NCBI GenBank assembly: GCA_965644295.1
Contig: CBFFRP010000267.1
Span: 1 to 64,000 of the forward strand
DNA from: Paraphysomonas bandaiensis
Lineage: Eukaryota; Protista; Chrysophyceae
Length of the DNA: 64,000 bases
Direction: 5' to 3'
Positions within the stretch are counted from its first letter, which is position 1. Every line of letters begins with the position of its first letter. Below the pieces are notes generated by a model. That model searched no databases and was not told the origin of the DNA. It was given only the letters and a program-made list of their open reading frames with translations. The translations under genes and the position numbers were made by a program. Below are positions 24,185 to 38,494 of the stretch, piece by piece.

Positions 24185-25117
24185 GATTATGGTTGCTCTA
24201 TAACTCTATAATTCTGTAATATATATAATGAAATAACGTACATATACACATACATATGACTGTCAACAGAAGTTAGTTTCTGTTGTATCGATTATTGAAG
24301 TTACATGTCTATATTTTCCCGGTGCTGATATGAGCGCTCTGTTGAGCCTAGTTCAGGTAAAAAAGCTTTTTTTGAGACCAAATGGGGATAATACTGTTTT
24401 TCATGTACTTTACTCTTCAAGTAGCGAACATAATATAAAAATCTTAAAATACAACTTTTAATAGATTACCAAAAAGCAAAGCACATCAATTTAGCCTGTT
24501 TTAGTACGTCCTGAAATATTTGTTGCATTGCACTTCTTTCATAGCACTTGTAAGGGGAGAGAAAAAGTAAAATATAAGATGTGTGCGTACATATTCTAAC
24601 CACAATTATTTCTGAATTATTATTACTTATAACCGTATGCCGTTTTTCTGTTACTCAAACAGTCAGCAAATAGTTTTTAGAGTTGATTCAGTTCATGACT
24701 ACTCAACTCAATGAATTAACTTAAGCTTTTAAGAGTGCAGTATTGACTGATTGATATTAAGGGAGATATAGTGAAATTATGATGTTGTAGCACTGTGATA
24801 TAGGAACCACGTCATTTACCAACATCAGCATTCTGTTCTATAAATCGTATCTTTAACAGCGACTATATTTTCAGTTTCTTTGTATACTTGTAATAGCTGC
24901 TCCTATAGTGTAGTCATGTATATTCTGCATTTCATTGCTACATAGAATACAGGATAACTACTACATCTAATAATGCACAGAAATTTTGTGTACTATACAA
25001 CGAATACTGTTTTACTTATTATGCATCCTAACTACAAGTACCGACGAAACTTGTTACCAGTTTTAAAAACACTGCCCAGAAAAGTGAGGCAACTGATTTC
25101 CTAATCTAACAACTTGT

Positions 25118-28100
25118 TCACGCAAACCCAAACCCTTCAGAGCCTTCCTTGATTGCTAAGAGAAGTTTTTCGCGTAGTTCTTCTTGACTTGAATACTCGG
25201 GAAGATCGAGCTATGCAAAACAGCAACATAATTATCTGAATGACACAGTTGGGTCAACAAACAAACCTGGTTAAAACATGTATGTGCTGTAGGTAAGTTA
25301 GCACTGTCTCCGTATGCCCGATGTATGGAAAAACGCTGCACGCCCCGCATGCCCTGAAGGTTGGCAAATCCATCCAGAGGTACCTGGTTATCACATATGT
25401 AAACTCTTTGTGAGCAACAACTAGAAGATACCCACTTTAGAGGTTCCAGTAATAAATTGTAGAAACAAAGCCCGTTCTTCTCTCGAGAAACTTCGTAGTA
25501 CGTCCCAAAACCAGAGTATACATGGTTCCGAAGCTCTGTACTGGTGATATTCCGTGTTCGCCTTAAGGTCGTCAATGTCTATATCAGGCAAACCAGAGAT
25601 GAGTAGCTCCAGCTCTGTCGGAGAGAAAATAGATATCAGTTCCGCGGGAACAAGGTCATGGAAACCCTGCAAGAAGCAGTCGATCTGAGAACGAATTGCT
25701 GAAGTCATGCTGTGGTGGGAGATCAGTCGAATGTAATCTGCTTTGTTACTATCCGTAACAGGAATGTTTCTGCCGTTTGGAATCAAATCCACCACCTGCA
25801 TATAAATTTACCAGAGAATGTTGCTGTGATAAAGCCACAAACCTCATGCCGCCCAAACGTTTGCACATCCGAAGAAAACGTTAATTCCAGACCCAAGTCC
25901 TCAAGTGGATACTCCAGGATCTGCTTGAGTGATTTAAAATACTCTGGCTCGATGCCCTCGATATCACTGTACTCCACTGGTACCCCCAATACGTGCTTAT
26001 AGAAAGACCTGAAAGAATCATGACCAAAGATCCCTACAAAAATAGCCATATACCTCGTGAAATGTCCATCCAGCAAGTATCCATCGACGACTGCTTTCCC
26101 TATCACCCGCCCGACAAACTTAAAGTAATCTAAGTGATTTGTATTGATATTGCTCAAGGGGTTCGGCTGAAATGTCGCACCATCAGCAGCTCCGGTGAAT
26201 AAGCAATAGTTGGGGTTGAATATTTCCCGTGAAAGTAGCATATACCATTCCCTCGTGAGGCCACCAGCATCAATACCCTCCTCCTCATAAAAGTTCACTA
26301 CAAGGCGACCCTTCATCTCATCCGGTGTGCGGAAACGGAGCTGATGGAAAGAATCCTCAAACACATTGTCTCGACGGACCTGGAGGTGAATTGTCCTCCC
26401 ACCTCTGGGCAGTCTCCGCTTCTTCAACTGCGAGTAGAAATATGCCCTCTTATTGTCAAACACAAGATGAGAACGCAGCTGCGATATCCGTATCATGGCA
26501 GATAATGAGTCTTCCAAAAGTGAAGGGTAGGATCGCACAAGAATATTCAATATACTTTTGTGTGCCTGAACAAACGACAGTAACCTCTGTGCTCTACCCA
26601 TGCTATGAGAGCCTAATCCAGATACGCTGTCCGAGGACGGGGTGCTCCGGAGAGAGCGTGTGTGCCGAAAAGACAGCTTACTACCACTATCATCCGTGTT
26701 GTCATTCAGAACAAGCGAGATATTGGAACGCAAAAAAGTAGAGGAGTCTCTGTACTTGGCCCCAGGAAGTGACTGCTGTTTCGAAAGCTGCAAGCCTTGA
26801 GTAAAAGAAGATGTACGCTCAAGTGCAGTCGCCTCAGCAGAGGACGCTGTGCCTTGAGCGTCATGTACAACTGACTGACACCTATCCAGCTCCTTCTCCT
26901 GAAGAATGTCCCCGGCATGCACAAGAAAGAAACCTTCAATTACTGGGAGCAATTTCGAAAGAATAGATGATAGAACAGAGTGTTGCTGTCTGCGTTGGCC
27001 CCCCGCCGGGCCAGACAGGACACTACCCTGGCTACTCTCCGTCTCCTGTACATACGTTTCAAGATGACGCAAAACCTGCTCTGTTGCTAACCAAAGATGC
27101 TGCAAGTCGTCAACTGGGGCAACGTCAACCAGCTTACTGTCCACCTTTTCTGCAAGGGATTGCAGCGTTTGAAGTGCCCGTAATACCCTTGTGTGATCCT
27201 GGCTGCCGACCTCGCCAATAGGAATGTTTAGAACAGATGACGATCCAGCTCCACTATCACTAGAAGAAACGGTATTCTGCTGTTTCGCTCGCTGGTTGAC
27301 AAGGTGGCTAAGTACGTGCTGCATGCGGGCGTGAGACACCGTTCCAAGATCAACTAAAACTTCAATCACGACCTCCATGAGGATCGTGCGGTTTTCCTTG
27401 ACATGCGCAAGACGAGATATCGCTGATATGACGTGGTCAAACACTTCTTTCGTGCAGAGCTCGTTTAATAATGCATCACAGAGAGACCGTAGCGTTGATC
27501 GCGACAAACAAACACTCGGAACATTAACCCATCTATAACTACCAGATGTCTCTTCTTCGACATTTTCTTCTCCCTCAGGAACTTCATCCAACAACTCAAG
27601 CGGTTCACAAAGAGTATTAACGAGGCGTGTGAGCTGGAGAAGCTCTTGTGTGCTATTCGTGTAGTTCGGGGCATGAAGAAGACGAATCAGCAGCTCTAAG
27701 TAGCACTGACTTTTCTGATAATCTGTCTCAATATCACCCTCACCGTCGTCCAAAATCTGCATTAGACACTGGCCTTGCGCTCGAGAACGCAAGATATCAT
27801 ATACAATTGATTCATTGGCAGCACACAAGTGAATCAGCATAGAAATGAGTCGTTTACCAACAGTGGATGGCAATGGTTTAGCTGTCAGGTCCTGTTCATC
27901 TGGAGTACTGAGTGTGGCGCCCACACGAGAACTAATTATCAATTTCTCCGGCGGGAAGGAATTACCTAATCTAAGAGGGCCTTCTCTCATCTGGCGGAAT
28001 ATAGAGGTCTCTCTCGGGCTATCCGACAGCAACGCTATAATGAGCTGTAACATCATATCACGAATGCTCTCTTGCTTCGAAAGATTTTGTAGCATTCTGT

Positions 28101-31100
28101 GCAACTGGCGAATAGGAACTGGTAACTTTTCCAGATACATAAGTCGTATCAGAACTGCTAAAATATCATGGGGTACCATCACATCCTGCACTGAATCCAC
28201 CTCTACTCTCATTTGTCCAGGGTGTGATGGACCAGGAGCAGGTGTTTCCTTTCCGTCCCCACCTTCGTCTTTAGATTCTTCACGGGCACCACTGGAGGAC
28301 TCCCTGGTCACAGGATCTGATGCTCCCATCATACCCACTTGATTCCACCTATGAGCCGCACGCTCACGCAGTAATTGCGCTTCTGCAATAAGTTCGGGAG
28401 TGAGGGTAGCAATAAAAGCCGAGTCAGAGGTAAGCAAAACCTCCGCACGCAAATCAGGGGTCAGCGATGTCAAGAACGACGAGTTGTCCATTTCCTCTGC
28501 ATGAGAAGGATCTGCGGGAACAGAGAACTCAGCAGAGGCAGTGTTGTCTCTTTCTCGACGAACTTGGTCAAGAATCTCCTGTCGGATATTGTCTGGGAGT
28601 GCATTGATGGTCTCAAGGTCATATCCAGCTTCAACTAAGAGTTCGTTAGACTGATCAGAGGTCTCTTCATGAGTTTCGATTATTTCTCTCTGCATGAATT
28701 CGGGCAGGGAATTGAATACCTCTGCATCATAGCCGGGAGGACATACCAAGCCGGAGGTAGCAGGGGCACTCTCCCCCGTATCGTTCTCATTGGTATCCGC
28801 GGGTGAACCCTCAACTGTAGCCCCTATACTGTCGACATTATCCGTGTCTTGCATAATACGAACAAGTTGATTCGCCAGGATTTGTTCGTCTGGGTCAGCA
28901 CCGTCATACTCAGTCTCAGGCTCATCCCTGACCTCCACATCCACATTCCTCTCATCTACAACAGGCAGGTTCTCAGCTTCACTAGTGTGAACATCTACCA
29001 CATTGACATTACCCAGTTCAACACCAGTGGATTGATCACGTTCACAACCAGATTGCTCCAGAGTCGTTGCCGAGTCCTCAGCGCAATCGCTATTCTCATT
29101 CTCCACCTGCATCGAAATTGCGATGGTAGATGGACAGATCACCCTGCCCGTACCTTCGTCTTCAGCAATATCGACAGCACTGTGGGTGTGATCCGTGATA
29201 ATCTCAGCTGTACCATCTGTATCAATTATACCCGTATCTGATGTAACAATGTCCTGGTTGTTATCAGCACCATGCGCCGTGCCCACTCCACACTCATCAG
29301 TCGTTTGGTCAGGGTGCACATTTTGTTGTGCGCTGTTTATCACGTGTTGTGCATCTGCAGAATCTGATGCAGCAGGTTCGGCAGAAGAGCTTTGCTCTGA
29401 TTCACTATCATGCCCCTGTTCATTCGTTGAACCTCTCATAACCGGACTTGTCTCCAGCTGCACATGGCGACCTAGTATTGACCTGATTTCACCCATCACC
29501 GTAACAGACACTGGCCGAGACGCACTGGAGACGTCTCCAACACCCTCCGTCGCCAAGTCTCCGTCATTATCCCATCTCCCAGCACCCCTTCTCCCAGTCC
29601 CCCTGCTAGAGAATATAACATGCTCCACGCCCCTACCACGACTATCGAGTGACATATCAAGGAGCGGTCGCGATTGTACGAGCTCATCATATGCCGCCCG
29701 CTGATCAGAACTCCGCACTCCAGGTACCAACATGTTTTCAAAGAATTCCTCAATAGTATCCTCAGACTCCAATACAATTCGTCGATGGTCTGTACGCGCA
29801 GCTATAGAAACTCCTCCCCCATTCGCATTCACAAACCCACCCCTAGCATCATCCTGCGCGGCACCAATTAGCATGGGATGGCCTATCCGCCAATTCGCCT
29901 GCAGAGCACGATCGATTCCGCCAGGAAGAAGCGAGCATTCCTGCTGTTCGGCAGCGCGAGCTTCATCACTACCAGCCGCTTGAGCTGTTCGACTGCGTCC
30001 ACGCCCCCTCCAAGGGATCTGACCAGGAGAGGTTCGACGAATGAACTCTAGAAGAGTAGTACCATAATCCCCTTCGACCTCGACATCCTCAGTATCATCA
30101 CCCATCAAATGCATACCAGATCCAGCTTGAAGCGAAACTCCCCCAGTGTTCCCGCGTCGTACCTGATCTGGAGGAGTGATAAACTCACCGAATGGATTCC
30201 CATCAGACGGAAAAGTGTCCCGTAATAAGTCCAGGCCGTGAGTTGGACTAATGATGTCAGGACTGAACAGATTGCGCAAACCTGCATTAAGTTCGTCCGT
30301 CGTCAAATCATGACCCTCGTGTCGACTTATAAACCCACGCATATATCTCTCTTCATCATCGTCGTCGTCATCATCATCGTCCTCGTCATCATCATCCTCA
30401 TCTTCTTCTTCGTCTGGCTCCTCATCGTCATCATCATCTTCTGGATGAGAATTCGCACCGTCTTGATCAGTAGTATGATTTTCCACAGCATATGCTGCAT
30501 CAAAGCTCATGACGTTTTCGCGCCTTCCCTGCGACATATCAGATTCTCTATCCATTGAACCGCTGTCGTTAAACGTTTCGCCTTCTTCGCCCACTTTCTC
30601 CTCACCACTGCGCATGGATAAAGATCTTTTGAGTCGATGAAAGTGCAAAATAAATTTTGGTCGGGTGAGTATTTCTAATGGACCAAGCATAGCATCAAAC
30701 ACAGAGTCGCACCCACTAGACTCAATATCAACTGATGCCAGTGCCTGCACGATCAGAGTGGGTACACCACATTTCGAAAGATACAACATAGCATCCACAG
30801 AAACATGTTGACGGTCCTGCATAACACCTGCGGAGTCTTTAGGAGCTCTGCACGAGGTAACCACCAACGACAAAAGTCGGCCAACACGAGCCATGAACTG
30901 TAGTCGTTGCGCCTCGTTATGGAAGTACTTGTTCGTAGGAGATTTAGGAAGAGACAACTGCTTCAGAGTTTCCACAATAGAATCAAGAACAACTTTGCGA
31001 GGTCTACCACGGTTACAACTCAACACAGTCATGATCCTAGCAGCGCCCTGCACTTCTTCTGTGGCTGCTGAATTAGCTTTACAATTCTTTGACAGAAATG

Positions 31101-34100
31101 TCCTGATTAGATATGGAATAAAAAACTCGGACTGCAGACTCACAAAATTCATGCGACACTTCGCAACGAGTAGGGAAATTCCCTGCACAGACAAAATGCA
31201 ATCGGATAACGCGTTCAAGCATGCCCCATTCGAGAACATCATTTTGTCGGTATCATTAGGTGACGTAAAACGACTAATAAATACGGATAGAGTCATGAGA
31301 GCTCTTGACCCAGGAAATTGCTCAGAATCATCCCCTAGCTTGCACTCATCATCGTTCATGCCCTCAGACAATTTCACAGTTATGGGGTCAGCGATGGATT
31401 TCCTTGTAAAAACCAAGGACGACTCTGCAGCTGAAAGAAAAACTTCGGGGCTTCTGTAGATCAGATCGGCGCAGGCTTCCACCAGACTTACCAGTAGTAC
31501 AGGCTTGCCTGGATCCTTCTCTTCGAGAGTTTCGAATTTTGACTTGATTTTACTTCGCATACACAATTTTAATACTGGCTTCGTCTCAAAACACCGCCTC
31601 AAAATCATAGACAATAGAGGCTGCATATTCGCAGCCGCCGCATTAGATTCCTCATTGGAAGGTAGGGACAGTATCTTAACTAAACCATTGTTTTTAACCA
31701 GTCTATCAGCCACCTCATCCTTTGACAACAGCTCACACAAAACGAGCAATAGAGCATGGCACGTATCGTTATCCATTCGCAAATTGTCCCCCCCAGAATT
31801 AAGCAACATAGATTCAGTTGCTTCGTAGAGTTCCCAAAATGCATCGTTCTGTACAAGTTGGTTTCGCCCCATATCAATCAAAGTTGACGACGACACACTG
31901 TCAGTAGAGGGCTCCATCGACCCAATTGCGTCTTCTTTGCTTTCTGCTTGATGGGAGATGCTGCCCCTTTCATTCCCACTGTCCGCATTCGTCGATGAAT
32001 TGTTGTTCTTGGTGGACGCTACTAGATCATAGCATATCAATAATGCTGGTACAACCCAGCGGGGCCAGTATCGTATTTCACATGAGTTTTCTGTCTGGCG
32101 TGACATTGCCGTAGAAGGGACAGCAGAAATTAAGTGAACAATATTGTGAATTAGCTCTCCCACATAAGAAGAGGTGATTTCGCGCTCAATGTGCATGCGA
32201 TTCAACTTACTCCTCAGAAGTGAAAGTAAGAACATCAGGACACCGTGAAGTTGCTCAGTATCTCCCATTCGCACTCTGCTAGTCAAACTATGCAAAATGG
32301 AGGTCTGGTCTAGCTCAGGAAATGAAGAATGCATATTTAACAGAAACTCACACATTCGAGCAAACACCATACGTACAGCTACATCGCTCCATCCGAGCGT
32401 GATTTCCACATACTTCCATGCGTCCTCCACGAACGGAATAATACTCTTTCCATATTCTGCCATCAAACTTGCAGCTTGTATTGATATCTCTTCAGTTGTA
32501 GAAGACGCTTTTGGATCAGGACGTCCAGTTGCAGACACCTGGGACCGGCGAATCGACATAAGGCCCACTCGGTCGTCAGAATATGGGGTTACCACATCAT
32601 CTTCGATCTCTTCTCTTGGCGCTATCCATCGTCTACCGGGAGTGCGACGAAGTGAGTCGTCTTCCAACCCCATGGATTCGTTGGATATATTCCTCAGCCA
32701 TTGTGGCCTCTGGTGTAGAGGAAGTGGCGGAACAACCGAAGAGGATTCGTCTGGGGTCGATAATTCGGCATCACTCGGAAAGGTATTGACAAACATCGCG
32801 TCCATCTCTCGACTAAATTCAGTCATTTCGTCATGAGAACCTGTTTCTCGAGAATTACCACCATGATCTGGAGTATTATTCGTGGTTTCAGATGATGCTG
32901 CCTCTTCAGATGTAGGAATAATATTTCCACCCTGCGTGTTATGTTCATGTCCGCCTTCCTGTAAAGTATCCGACGATGGCGCACTAACTTCTGTTGTGGC
33001 CATAATGACACCATCTCCACCCCCTCTGTTCAAGGTCTCGACAGTGGATTCCTGTGTTGTTGGGTGCGTGAACAAGTACTCCATAACTACATCCAGGTCG
33101 CGCGACATTGTCGCATTTAGAGCATTTCTTATGTCGGCTCGACTGAACCCCATGTCCATGCCGACAGCTTCAACCTGATCAGGGGGAGAAAAGAGATGCG
33201 ATGCACGCGAGGGCCCAGAAGAGCGCGAATTCAAAATTCGTCCCATGGGACTTGTTGACTCCAGTGTAGAGGCATTGCGGTCACTCATACTATTGCGCGA
33301 TTTCGAAGAGGATACAGAATGGAGACTGGCAACCATATCAGTGACTATTCTCATCCACTCTATTTGCAATCCACTCGGAAATCGGGCAAAACTATTGGCT
33401 TTCAAAATTGGAAGCAGCGCCTGTCCTACTTGGAGAATGCCCTTCTGCAAAGCTTTTTCAAAATTCAAATCATTGTCATATGTACCAGTTGATATCAATG
33501 TATTGGTTGTAGAAGTCGGCTTATAGCGTTTATAATCAACGACTATATGAACTAACACAAGGAGGGGGCTAAGACTATGAAGGGCGCACCTAGAAGCAGG
33601 TGACAAAACAATTGCACTTGCCCTTCCTTCTTCTGCGGGGCCATTCGAAATTTTATCGAGTAATTCGCGATCCAGGTTACTGGCCGTGAACTGAAAAACA
33701 CACAGAGCATATTGTATAACACCTTGAGCTAAAAACCTCTTAAGTAAATATGTATTAGGATGACCGTTCTTATCGTCAAAGATTGACTGCACAATAAATT
33801 TAGACAAAGCTCCAAAGAAAAGGTGTGCGGTCGCTTCGTCGATATCAACACGGTCACAGCTATCATAACCCTCGTTACACCCTTCTTTACTGTCCCCCCA
33901 TGGTGTCTTCGCAGATGGTAGCTGAGCATCGTCGTTAGATGTGTTCTGTGGCTCTTCTTCGCTTAGGGTTCTATGTACTCCTTCAATGGGCCATTTACAG
34001 GCGATGTTGTTAGGTTGTGGATTCTCAAAAAACTTTGCAGTTATATTGGCCAAAGATCCCGCAACCAAAGAAGCCATATCTGATATGTGGAGGCAGTTAC

Positions 34101-37100
34101 CATGCCGAGTATCGATATCTAATACAACCGACTGTGATAGATGGGTAGCCACAAGCTTCAACGCCGCATGAACTCTAGTAAATGCGTAGCATACGCCATC
34201 GCGAAGCGTGCTTGCACGTATATTTCGACGGGCAGTCTTTGACTGTGAAACAGTTTGAGTAGGGGTACTGTCGTCAACGTTTATTGTGTCGACCAATGAA
34301 ACAATCGGATCTCTTCTGAAATCCCTCTGAAACTCAGAGAGCCATCCATGTGCAGTTCGATAACGGATAACACCGCCAGGAGTACATACCCGCTCGTAGG
34401 CCACTGTGGTTGCACCACGAGGAGCTAACAAAACGATACGAGAGCCATCAATCTCACTTCCCTCCCGGACAATGGCCCCGGATGATATAATTATGCGAAC
34501 GATGTACCGCTGCGGTACAGTACATTCGTCGTCCTCATCAGGAGGGATCAAATCAAACCCACCCGATAGTCGAGTCCAGCAATCACTTAACCCCTACATA
34601 TCAACACGAAATTACTGTTCACAGTTTCTGAATGACAATAGTGACACCTTTGATTTCCACTTCTTCGAAGAAACTCTGCATACTTCCAACAAAGATGATC
34701 TGTGGAACGCAAACAGCCTCCTGAGAACATCCTTTCCGGCCAATATAAGTTGAGGATCTGCTCCTTGTGAGTGATATCTACCAGGTTTGAAACAATGTGA
34801 AGTCATCACACTCAGCCATTCAAGCGTCAGTACTCCCTTAACAAAGTTTCCAATGCAGGCCTCAATATTATGGTGAGAAAATATGGAATTTTCCCTATAT
34901 TCTTTCGAAAATATATGGAAGTCCGGGACACTATCCAACACACCAAGAACAACAACATTTGGAGGTTTTGCTTTCTGCTTCTTTAATTTGCTTCGCGATT
35001 TTCCAATAGAACTCCCAAACGAAGGGGGGGCATCGCCAGTTGGGTCTTTGGACAGAACATAAAGTGCCTCTTTTGCTGCAGAAATCTCTCCCAGAGTACT
35101 ATCAATGGCTGAAAATAACACAGGTAGAAGCAACTGAGGAGACACGGAAGAAGCCAACTTCGTCAGCGACGACAGAGCCTTGGCAACGAAAAAATCGCCA
35201 AGGTAAGTGAGCGATCCGGTGCTGGGGTGGTGACTAGTAATTTGCGCAAACAACTGCCTAGGTGGAGGAAGGGTGCAGTGAAATGTCGCAACAATACTAT
35301 CCAATACTTCTGCTCTAAAAAATTGCCGAAGTGAATCCATACACGAGGAGCTACGGCTGGAATAGTTCAGCGACTCCACGAGAGATGACATGGTCTGAAT
35401 TCTCTGCGTGGCTGCGTACCGTAATTTTTCGACTTCATCCTCTGTGTCCGCACACAACGAGTTACGAGCATCCGCACATGCCTTCATCAAACATGATCTC
35501 ATTGCCTCCAACACCGCTGGGCGGAAATTGTCGTGATCACGTACTATCAGCGCAATTTCGTGGCCAATAGCGGAAAGAATATCCGCAGCAATACCTTCCG
35601 ACCTCGGTATGATGTAGTTTGGGTGAACAAGGGAGTTTATAAGCTTCGTTAATATCTTTTTGCTACCAACAAATGACTTGCCGTCAGAGGTTATACACAT
35701 GGCGTGCACGAGACGGGCAACTTCAATTAGTATACCCCCTGGTCGAAAACCGGGGCTGTCGTCAATATAATACAGCGGACATATGTCAGCGTTTTCCGAT
35801 ACAAGTGCGTCGAGGAGACTGTGAGCAGTGTTACCTCGCAAAAAGTGGGCAAGAAATTGCGGTTCAATGTCTATTGCTGAGGTGAATAGCTCGCAGAGGG
35901 CCTGCACCAGCACGAGTGAAAACGACCCATCTGACTGCCGCCGGAGCATGGCCTGGCAGAGCTGTGCGAAGTGCGGTTGGTATAGAATCTGTAGCCCTGA
36001 CTCTGTTGCAAGCACGACCCGACGTCTTCCAGCAGTTATGACCACACTTAGAAGACTGAGAGCACTTCCGAGCAGATCATTGAGCACAGTATGCGGCTTA
36101 AACATAAGTGGGTTAGGATGTGTGGCAAGGAGTTCGAAGAGCTGTGTGAGAGTTGACAGGCCTTCGCTCTCTCGGAACGCAGAATCTCGAACACTATGGG
36201 CAGATACTGCTACTTCCAAACACTGTAGCGCTTTCACAACCGGAAAGAGAGAGTGCATCGTAGTAGCCACCTCCTCCTCGCCGTTTGATTCTCGAAGCAC
36301 CTTGCCAATGCTGTCTAGGGAGGAGTACACTAGACCCACCACAGCACCGATGGCCGCACCTTCACTAACTATTCTGTGATCTTTGATAGATAAGCATGCC
36401 GAAAAGAGTTCAATGGCCATTTGAACATACTCTGCAAGGAATGAAGAGGGACTCCTATGGCCAGCATTTGGAAATTGGATAGCACATGGCTCCGGACGAG
36501 GGGTAGAGGCCATCACAGAACAGGCAGTAAGTAATACAGAAAACCAAGGGAGCTCTTGTGAGACAGATCCCGCCTGGTCAGATCGTATGACACCAAGGTC
36601 CTGGAGGATATCTGAGTTACGCAAGATAAGCTTGCGCCGATGAAGGCTGGTCTCCAGTAGTCCCACTATACAGTCCAGGGCGAGAGTGGAAAGAGGGTAG
36701 GGACATTCTGCTAACTGTAGCTCTGTCAACACTGAGGACGACACATCAGAGAGCACAATCAAATCCTTGAGCACATTCCCTCCTTGAGCCAAATAAGGAG
36801 CAAGAGTATCGATTGAAAGGTGACTGTGCACGAGTACATATAATGCCCGCATTCGTAGTGCTAGGAGACCAACACGAGAAATGGTCGAACCTCGAAGACT
36901 TTGGGCAGCCGAAACAACGTACCGCACACTCAGTTGCTGGGAGGGCGTCAATGATGGGTACTCCTCGAACATTGATCGGCAGAGCTCATCATCACTAAGG
37001 GTGGAGGCAAGACATACCCGCACTCTAATGGATCCGTTATCCAAATCATTAGACGGGATTGATGCATCAGGATCAATAGGATATTCAAGGATGAGTTCAT

Positions 37101-37853
37101 CCGTTGGGCATAACAGGGGTTCCTGTCCACGCAAAAAATCGATCAATCCGTAGGAGTGAGACATAAACCCCAGAGCTTCAAACATGATCAGTACGTTGTT
37201 TGCTATGTTCGCAGAAACCTACACGAATAATCAACTAAAATACGTTGAGTGTCCAATCGCTAACATATACCTCTGTTGTATCTTTCCATCCCGTCTCCGC
37301 GTTATATGAAGCAATCGACAGAGAAGGCATCGAAAAGTAGAATAAGATCTCGGTCGCCAGCCCTACGACTTCGTGGTTCATAGAATACAGTAATTTTCCT
37401 ACCAGCTAGAGTCCAAGTGAGAATAGACAACATACATAGTAAATATTCTCACCTCTGTTGACAAAAAGTATCTCTTGTGCACAGAATTTTTTAGTACATA
37501 CGACAGATACTTCAAAGTAGCTATTAGCAACGTGTTTGTATATCCACTATCATGGGGCAATTCTTCTACACTTGCAGCTATAATCGTGTCCAACTTCTCA
37601 AAAACGGGAATAAGAAGCCTCACGTCGATCTGAACGAAATGTAACACACAGAGATATATGACGTCAACTGGACTCGAGTCCTTCATACCTGATTCGTTTT
37701 ACCAGATCTAGCATGTGATAAAAGAAGTTCCTCTAATTCACTACCAGATGCTTCAACTAGATTAGATACTTTAGTTTGAATAGATGAGTCGATAATATCA
37801 GGATGAATGCCATCTATTTCAAGGTACTTTGATAGCTTCATAGTTCTGAACAT
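25118..37853 (-). CDS. HUWE1: Giant HECT E3 ubiquitin ligase, HUWE1/UPL1/Tom1 type; multi-exon
   Basis: HECT domain (VRRDNVFEDSF, EEGIDAGGLTREWY, FLQFITGTSKVPLDGF, LPTAHTCFNQLDLPEY, terminal EGFGFA*), UBA (MGFSRADIRNAL), three UBM-like repeats (e.g. DAEVFNSLPEFMQREII), acidic tract, helical N-terminal region; the start codon (37853 or 37841) is inferred. Confidence 0.93.
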
Positions 37854-38494
37854 AGTGATTCACTCACACATAGGAATATATTCAAAACAAAAATAACCAC
37901 CTAATAAAAATAAATTAAATCAAATAGATGATTTTCATATAATTCCTACGATCTAAATATATAGATGTAGGAGTGTAGAGTTATGACTAATCTGCTCTAT
38001 GATCTCTCTCTCTATATATACGAAGTATGCCGTATGTGAGTGTAATTCATAAAAGAAGATGAAAAAAAAAATAATAACATACTATATATTGCACATATAC
38101 AGTACATACCTATACGGATATGTCCGTATGTTGGATCCTTTCTTTGCATCATCTTCGAATTCCTCAGCAGAAGGTGGGGATACTGTAGCCCGTTTCTTTG
38201 TACCATATAAATTCCGGCTACATAAGGTGAAATTTTAGTTTTAGAAATCCCACATATGGGATATTATGCATATACTGCTGTATGTACAGTCATAATATAC
38301 GTCCCACTGTGCTGTATATGTCACTATGATATGATCCATATATATATAAGCAGGATGTCTATTAAAGTTCTGTCTACATATAATGAAGCTACGAGAGATA
38401 TGAATCATATCATTATCAAATGGGTTTGATCGTTTATTAAGTTGTCTGAAGGAGTCAATAGACATCTAGTTATTAATTAACGTGTATCGAAAAG

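Noticed and set aside
38110-38490. Coding-like sequence between the HECT gene and the KICS2-like gene
   Set aside because: No consistent spliced frame could be built; it may be 5' exons or UTR
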